Shown here in pieces: positions 18,688 through 26,937 of a stretch of DNA of 27,966 nt. The position numbers were made by a program, and so were the translations under genes. Below the pieces are notes generated by a model. That model was not told where the DNA came from. It searched no databases and saw only the letters and a list, made by a program, of their open reading frames with translations. Numbering within the stretch: position 1 is the first letter of the stretch; each line of letters begins with the position of its first letter. The DNA is from Erysipelotrichaceae bacterium (GTDB lineage Bacteria; Bacillota_I; Bacilli_A; Erysipelotrichales; Coprobacillaceae): positions 2,747 to 30,712 of the forward strand of contig JAJQGQ010000103.1 in the NCBI GenBank assembly GCA_021200395.1, written 5' to 3'.

Positions 18688-19881
18688 TTAATAAGCTCTT
18701 TCGGCAACATTAACTTTACCAATTTTGCCTTTTAATGTCGTAAACATAATGGCAAAACCAATCACAGTGAGCGTACATGCAAATAGTTTCATACTGAATA
18801 AACCGAACGTATCTTGCAATACACCTCCGACAACATTTCCCACAAATGATCCTATTCCTGTAGACATCATCGCAATCAAAGTTTGTCCCATCATTTGATC
18901 ACTTGCATCTAAGTAATCATTCACATAATAAGTAATCGTTGCAGTAAACATGCCATAAGAAATACCTTGAAACATCATACCAACAATCAATATTGGTAAA
19001 GCAGGTGCAAAACTAATCGTAAAGTTTCTTAACAAATAAAAGAACGACGCTACTAAAATAATCGTTTCACTTTTATATCTCTTAAGCAATGTGTGTGTAA
19101 TTGCCATAAATGGCAATTCACTTGCTGCCATCGCAAAGATTGCAACTCCATATAAAGATGTACTACCACCTAAGTTTGTAACAATGTTAACCAAATAAGT
19201 AGAAAGTGAAGAGGCTGCACCAAATTGAAAAGCAAAAGCACATAATATTAATACAAACACTTTATACTTCTTAAACAAATCAAATACAGATCCTTCTTCT
19301 TTTGTTGAATCTTCACTTTGAATATCACTATCAGGCATAGAATACAGTAATATTAATAATGCAATAGAAGATATGAGATGAACCCACCCAATAATAGATG
19401 CATTAATTATCTCAATAAGTTGCCCCAATACAAAGGCACTAATGGCATAAGATAATGACCCCATACCTCTAGATAATCCAAAATCTACATATTGTCCACC
19501 TTTAATATAATTCATACAAATCATTGATAAAATGGGTACCACAGAAGCCATCATACAAATCAAAGCAATATATAAACCCATCAATAAAAATGTAGGTAAA
19601 GAAAATAAATTCATAGATTCAAAAAATACAAACATTAATAAGTAAAGAATTGTCATCAATTTTTTAATTGTTAAACCTTTAATCTTTGATAATAACGAAG
19701 AAATAAATGGTGAAACAAAAACGGATGACAAAGCAGCTCCACCAGTAACAATACCAATAAGTGTATTACTCAATCCCTTATATTGTAAATACACTGCAAC
19801 ATAACCATAAACAGTACAAGATGTTATCCAATAAAGAATATGTACAAAATTGTACTTCATCTGCAACCCTTTCAAATCCAT
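18688..19881 (-). CDS. MFS transporter (MFS_1-like / LacY-NupG-type)
   Basis: About 12 hydrophobic segments; DFGLSRGMGSLSY, ASELPFM, FQGISYG motifs. The start may be at 19860. Confidence 0.88.
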   Translation of the reverse strand: MDLKGLQMKYNFVHILYWITSCTVYGYVAVYLQYKGLSNTLIGIVTGGAALSSVFVSPFISSLLSKIKGLTIKKLMTILYLLMFVFFESMNLFSLPTFLLMGLYIALICMMASVVPILSMICMNYIKGGQYVDFGLSRGMGSLSYAISAFVLGQLIEIINASIIGWVHLISSIALLILLYSMPDSDIQSEDSTKEEGSVFDLFKKYKVFVLILCAFAFQFGAASSLSTYLVNIVTNLGGSTSLYGVAIFAMAASELPFMAITHTLLKRYKSETIILVASFFYLLRNFTISFAPALPILIVGMMFQGISYGMFTATITYYVNDYLDASDQMMGQTLIAMMSTGIGSFVGNVVGGVLQDTFGLFSMKLFACTLTVIGFAIMFTTLKGKIGKVNVAERAY

Positions 19882-19990
19882 CTTCCTCCCCTTTATTTAT
19901 CCTAATCAAAGTATACAAAATATTTTTATTCAAATCAAATAATCTCACTCAATTTCAAATACAAAAATAGGATTCTTTCACAAGAGTTCC

Positions 19991-20008
19991 ATACCAAATT
20001 GGTATATT
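19991..20008 (+). promoter_or_regulatory. 7-1-7 palindrome overlapping an extended -10, upstream of the XRE gene
   Basis: ATACCAA-A-TTGGTAT (19991-20005) and TGgTATATT (20000-20008). Confidence 0.45.
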
Positions 20009-20032
20009 GTTGTAAGGAGGAAAAGCACAAAT

Positions 20033-20669
20033 ATGGACATAGGTAATAATTTAAAAGAATTAAGGGAAAGCAATCATTGTACAATCAATGAATTATCATT
20101 AAGTATTAACATAAGTGAAGAAACTATTATTTCTTGGGAAAATAATGAAAATGAACCATCAGTAGAAGAAGTATTATTATTGAATGAGTTTTATTTAAGC
20201 AAAGCGAAAAAGACAAATATAACTACTCAACATTTACCAATATTATTTATTATAAGTATTATTTGTATTATGCGAAATCGCTTCTCTTCGCTCGCGCTTT
20301 CGCGTAATGAGCTTGAAACTATTCCGTTTTATTATGCGTGAATCATGCGATTTCGCATAATATAACTAAAGCAACCTTCACATCACATGTTTGAATATGA
20401 TATATTCACCATGTGAAGCTTGCCTTAGTTTCAAGCTCATTATATTATTTGGTTCAATCTATATGATTGAACGCTATATTTATTCTTCTTCGTTAAGTCT
20501 TGGCTATACTTTATATCGCTATATGATGGTTGGAGAATATGTCAATCCTGGTAATCCTAATTTAGAAAATATATTTAATATTTCTTCGATGGTACTGCTA
20601 ATTATCCTTATCATTACTATCATAATCGCTATTTGTCTTTTTATAAAAATCAGAAAACAATCTAAATAA
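20033..20669 (+). pseudogene. XRE-family HTH + two-TM membrane regulator, interrupted by a 172-bp insertion
   Basis: ORFs 20033-20341 and 20391-20669 join in frame into one 154-aa protein (...FIISIICI/ILFGSIY...) when 172 bp between two ATTAT copies are removed. Confidence 0.75.
20267..20443. mobile_element. 172-bp non-coding, multi-palindromic insertion flanked by ATTAT direct repeats (non-autonomous element, family unknown)
   Basis: ATTAT at 20267-20271 and 20439-20443; locally GC-enriched left part; perfect 16-bp and 17-bp internal inverted repeats; no terminal inverted repeats and no transposase. Confidence 0.7.
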
Positions 20670-20714
20670 TCACCAATAAACCTCAATTATGATATAATAA
20701 TTGAGGTGATTTTT

Positions 20715-21107
20715 ATGGATAAAAAAGCTTATCAATACAGTAGCATTGTTTTAACGATAGTGACTGGTATTTTATCAATATATTATTTGATACATACTAG
20801 TTGGATGTTGTTATCATTTGTGTTGTTTTATTATATTTGTTTTTTGATATTACATATATTAAATATGAATAAATATATGACTATTTCTCAAAGTATTGTA
20901 TTACTTATGATTATAAGTTTAATGAATATGATAGTATCCTATTTTATAATAGGTAGTACCATTATAACTGATTTGATTTTTATGTTGTTTATGCCTTTTA
21001 TTATATGTTTTTATGGAGTTAAAGGATATTATGAAGATGAGCATTATTTGTTTATAGCTGTGTGTTGGTTTATATTATTGATAATAAAAATAGGAGGAGA
21101 TTTTTAA
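20715..21107 (+). CDS. Hypothetical integral membrane protein (~4 TM)
   Basis: Almost entirely hydrophobic. ATG at 20715 lies 6 nt after GAGGTG (the ORF-track GTG at 20706 is inside the RBS). Confidence 0.7.
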   Translation: MDKKAYQYSSIVLTIVTGILSIYYLIHTSWMLLSFVLFYYICFLILHILNMNKYMTISQSIVLLMIISLMNMIVSYFIIGSTIITDLIFMLFMPFIICFYGVKGYYEDEHYLFIAVCWFILLIIKIGGDF

Positions 21108-21121
21108 ATCTCCTCCTATTT
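21088..21121. terminator. Bidirectional terminator overlapping both convergent stop codons
   Basis: AAATAGGAGGAGATTT-TT-AAATCTCCTCCTATTT, 16-bp perfect stem. Confidence 0.8.
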
Positions 21122-24100
21122 AATTGCTTTATGATATTCTTGTAAAGATTTGACTTCATGATATCCATGAATATTTGTTTCAATAATACCTTCTAAGGCA
21201 GCCTTTGCAGCCGCAATATTTGTCATATAAGGTAATCCCATTTTAATAGCATTCTTTCTAATATAACTGTCATCATGAGCACTTTGTTTGCCACTTGGGG
21301 TATTGATAACCATTGCAAGTTCTCCATTGATCAATGCATCATTGATGTTTGGTTGACCTTCATATAGCTTTTTAATCTTTGTGACAGGAATACCTGCATC
21401 TTTAATCAGTTGATATGTTTTTCCTGTTGATACAATTTCAAAGCCTGCATCATAATATCCTTGAGCTAAAGATACAACCTCTGGTTTATCTCTATCATTT
21501 ACACTAATCAATACTTTACCACTTGTTGGTAAAGGTGTTTTAGTTGCTTCTTCAGCTTTATAGATAGCTGCACCAAATGATGATGCAATACCTAATACTT
21601 CACCCGTTGATCTCATTTCTGGTCCCAAAATTGGATCAACTTCAGGGAACATGTTGAATGGGAACACAGCTTGTTTAATGCCTACATGAGGTATTTTCTT
21701 TTCTGTCAAGCTTGTCACAGGAGAAGGTCTGCCAGTTAAATCATCAGTAATGATTTCTGTTGCAATTTTTACCATGTTGATATTACATACTTTAGATACT
21801 AAAGGTACAGTACGAGAAGCTCTTGGATTAGCTTCTAAGACATAAACCTTATCATCTTCAATCGCATATTGCATGTTCATTAATCCACGTACATTCATTT
21901 CTTTAGCTATCTTTTTTGTATATTCTTTGATTGTATTTAAATGTCTTACTGGAATATGTTGTGAAGGTAAGATACATGCTGAATCACCTGAGTGAATACC
22001 AGCTAATTCAATATGTTCCATAACAGCTGGTACAAATACATTTTCACCATCACTAATCGCATCTGCTTCACATTCCATGGCATTATGTAAGAATCTATCA
22101 ATAAGGATAGGTCTATCAGGTGTTACACCAACAGCAGCAGCCATATATTCTTTCAATTGTTCATCATCATAAACAACTTCCATACCTCTACCACCTAACA
22201 CATAAGAAGGTCTTACCATTAATGGATAACCAATGCGTTTAGAAATTTCTAATGCTTCTTCAATATCTACTGCCATCCCTGATTCAGGCATAGGGATGTT
22301 CAATTTTTCCATCATAGCATTAAATAAATCTCTATCTTCAGCCATATCAATGGTTTCAGGTGTTGTACCTAAGATATTAACTCCATTAGCTTTAAGTTGA
22401 GAAGCTAAGTTTAATGGTGTTTGTCCACCAAATTGAGCAATAACGCCTAATGGTTTTTCTTTGTGATAGATACTTAATACATCTTCTAATGTTAATGGTT
22501 CAAAATATAACTTATCAGAGGTATCATAATCAGTTGAAACTGTTTCAGGGTTACAATTAACAATAATTGTTTCGAAACCTAATTTTTTTAGTGCTAATGC
22601 CGCATGAACACAACAATAATCAAATTCAATACCTTGACCAATTCTATTAGGTCCTCCACCTAATATCATAATCTTCTTATTATCTGAAACTATGTCATGA
22701 TCTTCATCATTATATGTAGAATAATAGTAAGCATTATCTTTCGTTCCACTAACATGAACTGGTTGCCAAGTTTGTTCAATATGATTATCTAATCTTTCGT
22801 TTCTAATCATATCTTCATCCATATCTAATATTTGACTTAAATACTTATCAGAAAAGCCATCTAACTTTGCTTGTTTTAATACTTCTACAGGTAATTCTTT
22901 ACCTTTATAAGTTAATATATTCTCTTCTTCTTCAACCAATTCCTTCATTTGTTCAATAAAATAAGGCTTAATAGAAGTTAATTCATACAATTCATCAACT
23001 GTTGCACCCTTTCTTAATGCTTCATACATAATAAATTGTCTTTGACTAGTAGGCACAATCAATAATTTCAATAGCTCTTCTTTAGACATTTCATGATAAT
23101 TTTTAGCATAACCCAAACCATATTGACCAATCTCTAAAGAACGAATAGCCTTTTGGAATGCTTCTTTATATGTCTTACCAATACTCATAACTTCTCCAAC
23201 AGCTTTCATCTGTGTACCAAGCTTATCCTGCGAACCTTTGAATTTTTCAAAAGCCCATCTTGCAAATTTAATAACAACATAATCTCCATCAGGAACATAT
23301 TTATCTAAAGTACCATATTTACCACATTCAATTTCATCTAATGTTAAACCAGCAGCTAACATTGCTGATATTAAAGCAATTGGAAAACCTGTAGCTTTAG
23401 AAGCTAAGGCAGATGATCTAGATGTACGAGGATTAATCTCTATAACAATGATTCTTCCACTCTTAGGATCATGAGCAAATTGGACATTTGTACCACCAAT
23501 AACCCCAATCTTTTCAACAATTCTAAATGCTTGATCTTTCAAAGAATCTTGAACTTCTTGAGAAATTGTCAACATTGGTGCACTACAGAACGAATCACCA
23601 GTATGAACACCCATTGGATCAATATTTTCAATAAAACATACTGTAATCATATTGTTTTTTGCATCTCTAACAACTTCAACCTCTAATTCTTCCCAACCCA
23701 AAACGGATTCTTCGATTAAGCATTGATGCACTAAACTAGCAGCTAAACCACGTGATACAACTGTTTTGAGTTCATCAATATTGTATACCAGGCCCCCACC
23801 AGCCCCGCCCATCGTATAAGCAGGTCTAACAACAACAGGATACCCTAATCTATCTGCAATAGCTAAAGCTTCATCCACTGTATTAGCAATTTCACTTCTG
23901 GCCATTTCAATGTTAAGTTCATTCATGGTTTTCTTGAATTCCAAACGGTCTTCCCCACGCGTAATGGCATCAATTTGGACACCTAAGACTTGCACACCAT
24001 ATTTATCCAATACACCATTGTTACTTAATTCTTCACTTAAGTTTAATGCTGATTGACCACCTAGGTTTGGAAGTAAAGCATCTGGTCTTTCTTTTTCAAT

Positions 24101-24331
24101 AATCTGTGTTAATCTTTCTAAATTAAGTGGTTCAATATATGTTACATCAGCCACTTCTGGATCTGTCATAATTGTTGCAGGATTAGAATTGACTAATATA
24201 ATCTTATATCCTAAGCTTCTTAACGCTTTACATGCTTGTGTTCCAGAATAATCAAATTCACAAGCTTGACCAATAATAATTGGTCCTGATCCAATAACCA
24301 ATACTGATTGAATGTCATCTCTTTTTGGCAT
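21116..24331 (-). CDS. carB: Carbamoyl-phosphate synthase large subunit (copy 2, stand-alone, diverged paralog)
   Basis: MPKRDDIQSVLVIGSGPIIIGQACEFDYSG, EINPRTSRS, EANPRASRT, MGS domain. True start at 24331 (AAGGAGG upstream); the ORF-track extension to 24373 crosses the leader terminator. Confidence 0.96.
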   Translation of the reverse strand: MPKRDDIQSVLVIGSGPIIIGQACEFDYSGTQACKALRSLGYKIILVNSNPATIMTDPEVADVTYIEPLNLERLTQIIEKERPDALLPNLGGQSALNLSEELSNNGVLDKYGVQVLGVQIDAITRGEDRLEFKKTMNELNIEMARSEIANTVDEALAIADRLGYPVVVRPAYTMGGAGGGLVYNIDELKTVVSRGLAASLVHQCLIEESVLGWEELEVEVVRDAKNNMITVCFIENIDPMGVHTGDSFCSAPMLTISQEVQDSLKDQAFRIVEKIGVIGGTNVQFAHDPKSGRIIVIEINPRTSRSSALASKATGFPIALISAMLAAGLTLDEIECGKYGTLDKYVPDGDYVVIKFARWAFEKFKGSQDKLGTQMKAVGEVMSIGKTYKEAFQKAIRSLEIGQYGLGYAKNYHEMSKEELLKLLIVPTSQRQFIMYEALRKGATVDELYELTSIKPYFIEQMKELVEEEENILTYKGKELPVEVLKQAKLDGFSDKYLSQILDMDEDMIRNERLDNHIEQTWQPVHVSGTKDNAYYYSTYNDEDHDIVSDNKKIMILGGGPNRIGQGIEFDYCCVHAALALKKLGFETIIVNCNPETVSTDYDTSDKLYFEPLTLEDVLSIYHKEKPLGVIAQFGGQTPLNLASQLKANGVNILGTTPETIDMAEDRDLFNAMMEKLNIPMPESGMAVDIEEALEISKRIGYPLMVRPSYVLGGRGMEVVYDDEQLKEYMAAAVGVTPDRPILIDRFLHNAMECEADAISDGENVFVPAVMEHIELAGIHSGDSACILPSQHIPVRHLNTIKEYTKKIAKEMNVRGLMNMQYAIEDDKVYVLEANPRASRTVPLVSKVCNINMVKIATEIITDDLTGRPSPVTSLTEKKIPHVGIKQAVFPFNMFPEVDPILGPEMRSTGEVLGIASSFGAAIYKAEEATKTPLPTSGKVLISVNDRDKPEVVSLAQGYYDAGFEIVSTGKTYQLIKDAGIPVTKIKKLYEGQPNINDALINGELAMVINTPSGKQSAHDDSYIRKNAIKMGLPYMTNIAAAKAALEGIIETNIHGYHEVKSLQEYHKAIK

Positions 24332-24363
24332 AAATATATCCTCCTTATTTATATAGTTTTTAC

Positions 24364-24392
24364 AAAAAAACATATCTTATTAGATATGTTTT
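24364..24392 (-). terminator. Attenuator-type intrinsic terminator in the carB2 leader
   Basis: mRNA AAAACATATCT-AATA-AGATATGTTTT-TTT lies between the promoter and the carB2 RBS. Confidence 0.78.
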
Positions 24393-24451
24393 AAAGAAAT
24401 AGTAAAAAGATACTTCAATTTATTCAATTTTACGCCACTTGACTTACACAT
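24380..24451 (-). CDS. Putative 23-aa leader peptide of carB2 (MCKSSGVKLNKLKYLFTISLKHI)
   Basis: ATG at 24451 with AAGGGG 9 nt upstream; tandem TAA TAA spans the terminator loop. Translation is unproven. Confidence 0.5.
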   Translation of the reverse strand: MCKSSGVKLNKLKYLFTISLKHI

Positions 24452-24476
24452 TTTACCATTCCCCTTTTTCTAAAAC

Positions 24477-24515
24477 AGTATATTTTAAAATGACAAACTA
24501 TTCAAGAAAATGACA
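24477..24515 (-). promoter_or_regulatory. SigA promoter of carB2 with a direct repeat flanking the -35
   Basis: Minus strand: TTGAAT (24505-24500), 17 bp, TATACT (24482-24477). AAAATGACA at 24487-24495 and 24507-24515. Confidence 0.7.
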
Positions 24516-24535
24516 TAAAATTATCATTATGATTA

Positions 24536-25870
24536 TTATTCGTTAAATTCTTTCATACATCGTATCAATAAGAATATTGATATAAATATGGAAATATAAT
24601 CAGCAACTGTTTGTGTATACATAATACCATTTAATCCAAACAAGACATCTAAGATATATAATAATGGTATAAATATAAGTCCTTGTCTACATACTGATAA
24701 CAGTGTAGCAGGTAAGGAATGCTCCATTGCTTGCATACTATTAATACTTAAGAATAATATACCTAATATAGGCCCTGCTAAAGATGTCGCAATGAGCATT
24801 GATTTTCCATAGCCTATAACTTCCACATCATTAATAAATAATTGAATAATTTGACCACTAAAAACAATATAAATAATTGTTAGTACTGATCCTATACCAA
24901 TACTTAATATTGCACTAAATTTTAAAACTGATTTAAATCTATCTTTAAGCTTCGCTCCAAAACAATATCCCAATAATGGTTGAATACCATTAGCAATACC
25001 CATATGTGAAAAAGCAATCAACATATAGGCTTTTGTAACAATACCCATAGCTGCGACAGGATTATCCCCATATTTCACTAATGCATTATTTAATAGAATT
25101 GTAGCAACACTCATTAAAGCAGAATTAATACCTGAAGGAACACCAATACTAACAAGTCTTCCTAGTAAATTCTTACCTTTATTACATAATTTCAAGCTTA
25201 AGCCCAACAATGGACTCTTAAATTTAAAATAATACAAATAATAGATACAACCTAACATATTACCTAAAACAGTCGCAATAGCAGCTCCTGCTACACCCAT
25301 ATCGAGTACTAAAATAAATATCGGATCCAACACAATATTAGCAATCGTTCCAATCATACCACCTAGCATAGCTGACTGAGCAGCGCCTTCACCTCTTAAA
25401 GCATGTCCAAACGTATTGGCAAATAAAATAAATGGTGCACCTGCAGCAATATAATACAAATAGTTTCTAGCATACTCTATTGTATTTTCACTACTACCCA
25501 AAATATTGAGAAGTGGATCCATAAATACAAAGATAATCACCGCAAAAATTATCCCAACCATAAATGATCCAAACCCACAAAGTGATGATACTTGTTTTGC
25601 TTCTTCTTTCTTGTTTTGACCTATTAATATGGATATCAATGCACTACCACCAATACCAAACAAATTAGCAACAGCCATAAACATCACAAATACAGGATTT
25701 GTAAGCGATACAGCAGCTACTTGCAACGCATCATTAGTTTGTCCTACAAAGAATGTATCTGCCAAGTTATAACAAACCGTTACTAACGACATAACAATAG
25801 TTGGTATGGCCATTTTTAAGACTGCCTGGGACACAGGTGCATCTCTAAAAACTTGTTCATTATCGTTCAT
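24536..25870 (-). CDS. MATE family efflux transporter
   Basis: KMAIPT, YNLADTFFVG, NLFGIGG, LRGEG, NIVLDPIFI, GVAGAAIATV, GIQPLLGY; ATGA-coupled to marR. Confidence 0.93.
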   Translation of the reverse strand: MNDNEQVFRDAPVSQAVLKMAIPTIVMSLVTVCYNLADTFFVGQTNDALQVAAVSLTNPVFVMFMAVANLFGIGGSALISILIGQNKKEEAKQVSSLCGFGSFMVGIIFAVIIFVFMDPLLNILGSSENTIEYARNYLYYIAAGAPFILFANTFGHALRGEGAAQSAMLGGMIGTIANIVLDPIFILVLDMGVAGAAIATVLGNMLGCIYYLYYFKFKSPLLGLSLKLCNKGKNLLGRLVSIGVPSGINSALMSVATILLNNALVKYGDNPVAAMGIVTKAYMLIAFSHMGIANGIQPLLGYCFGAKLKDRFKSVLKFSAILSIGIGSVLTIIYIVFSGQIIQLFINDVEVIGYGKSMLIATSLAGPILGILFLSINSMQAMEHSLPATLLSVCRQGLIFIPLLYILDVLFGLNGIMYTQTVADYISIFISIFLLIRCMKEFNE

Positions 25871-26295
25871 ATAGTTTCCTCCAATCCTTTTATTATTTTT
25901 TGACTTATTGATTTAAATTGCGTAATTTCCTCATCAGTTAAAGATGCTGTTAATGTATCTTCTAATTTTTTTCTTACATCGACAGCTGTTTGACGTAACT
26001 CTAATCCTTTATCTAAAAGAATGATTTTCTTTAACCTTGCATCGTTTTCAGAAGGTATACGCTGTATCATTTGTTTATCTTCCATCAGTTTAAGCATCTT
26101 TGATGCAGTTGCACGATTAATTGAGAATTCTTTTTCAATATTTTTTTGATAAACATCATTTTCTTGATCATATAAAAAATCAATAACCCATAGATGATTA
26201 ATAGAACATTCTTTTTGATCATAAAGTGTATAATGAAGTTTTTCGATATAGTTATTTAATATCTTTATATAGTAATGAATATCTGTGTTTTTCAT
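25867..26295 (-). CDS. MarR-family transcriptional regulator
   Basis: YQKNIEKEFSINRATASKMLKLMEDKQMIQR...DARLKKIIL. ATG at 26295 follows AAAGGAGGA (the ORF-track start at 26358 runs through the promoter). Confidence 0.9.
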   Translation of the reverse strand: MKNTDIHYYIKILNNYIEKLHYTLYDQKECSINHLWVIDFLYDQENDVYQKNIEKEFSINRATASKMLKLMEDKQMIQRIPSENDARLKKIILLDKGLELRQTAVDVRKKLEDTLTASLTDEEITQFKSISQKIIKGLEETI

Positions 26296-26310
26296 AGTTC
26301 CTCCTTTTTT

Positions 26311-26354
26311 GTTTGCTTGCAAACTAATTATATAGAAATATCTAGGAATGTCAA
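26311..26354 (-). promoter_or_regulatory. marR-MATE promoter with a candidate MarR operator over the start site
   Basis: TTGACA (26354-26349), 16 bp, TATAAT (26332-26327); palindrome GTTTGC-TT-GCAAAC at 26311-26324. Confidence 0.7.
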
Positions 26355-26727
26355 TCATATCATTTATTTCAGTTGTAGTTTTTGCAACTCAACTAAATTC
26401 TTCCATTCCTCCCACTTCATAAAATTGTCTACGTATTCCATTTTTCAACACGCATTTTTTGCGTATTGCTCTCATAGGGTAACGAGCTTTCTCTAAAAAT
26501 ATTATTTATATACTTTCTTGTTTTTTTAATCTTGTGCAATTGTTGCAAATTATAAGACAACTATATATTTCTTTTTAGCCTTTCTTTAAATATATTTTCT
26601 TATCGTCTTATCACCATTACCATATGATCTTGATAATCAATTGACATTTGACTACAAAGTATCTTCTTTTAATGAAACAGTCACATCTAAGTTTAGTCCA
26701 CCATTATCAAAAGTAACAAAACATTTA

Positions 26728-26756
26728 AAAACATGGAGTTATGATCTCCATGTTTT
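26728..26756. terminator. Orphan terminator-like hairpin
   Basis: AAAACATGGAG-TTATGAT-CTCCATGTTTT; no intact gene ends here. Confidence 0.55.
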
Positions 26757-26855
26757 ATTACAACCAATCAGTTTCATAAATTAATGAATATTTGATATCA
26801 TTTCACGATTAATCGATTAATCTTTTTTAATCATTGAGTATAACAATTTTTTCTA

Positions 26856-26884
26856 TTGAATTTATTTTGATAATCAAGTATACT
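26856..26884 (+). promoter_or_regulatory. SigA promoter of the abiE operon
   Basis: TTGAAT 26856-26861, 17 bp, TATACT 26879-26884. Contains palindromes TTGAT-A-ATCAA (26867-26877) and AAGTATACTT (26876-26885). Confidence 0.65.
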
Positions 26885-26937
26885 TTATTTATATCTTATT
26901 TTAGTTTAAATAAAGCCTATTTTAAAATGAAAGCGAA

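Noticed and set aside
20305-20442. TAATGAGCTTGAAAC resembles a hammerhead core; GTTTCAA/TTGAAAC resemble CRISPR repeat ends or attC boxes
   Set aside because: There is no CUGANGA and no stem II; the copies are inverted rather than direct repeats with spacers; the RYYYAAC/GTTRRRY attC pattern is not met.
20267-20443. The insertion as a self-splicing group I intron or IStron remnant
   Set aside because: No possible boundary within the ATTAT repeat gives a terminal G, and no catalytic core is visible in 172 nt.
20391-20669. 92-aa ORF as an independent gene
   Set aside because: Its start lies inside the insertion without an RBS; it is better explained as the C-terminal half of the interrupted XRE gene.
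11908-24331. The two carB genes as a recent duplication or assembly artefact
   Set aside because: Protein and DNA sequences differ throughout, consistent with old paralogs.
26380-26725. Protein-like fragments on the minus strand (e.g. CFVTFDNGGLNLDVTVSLKEDTL; MEYVDNFMKWEEWKNLVELQKLQLK) as a decayed gene or IS remnant
   Set aside because: Short, interrupted by stops, no RBS and no recognisable family; needs TBLASTN/BLASTX before any call.
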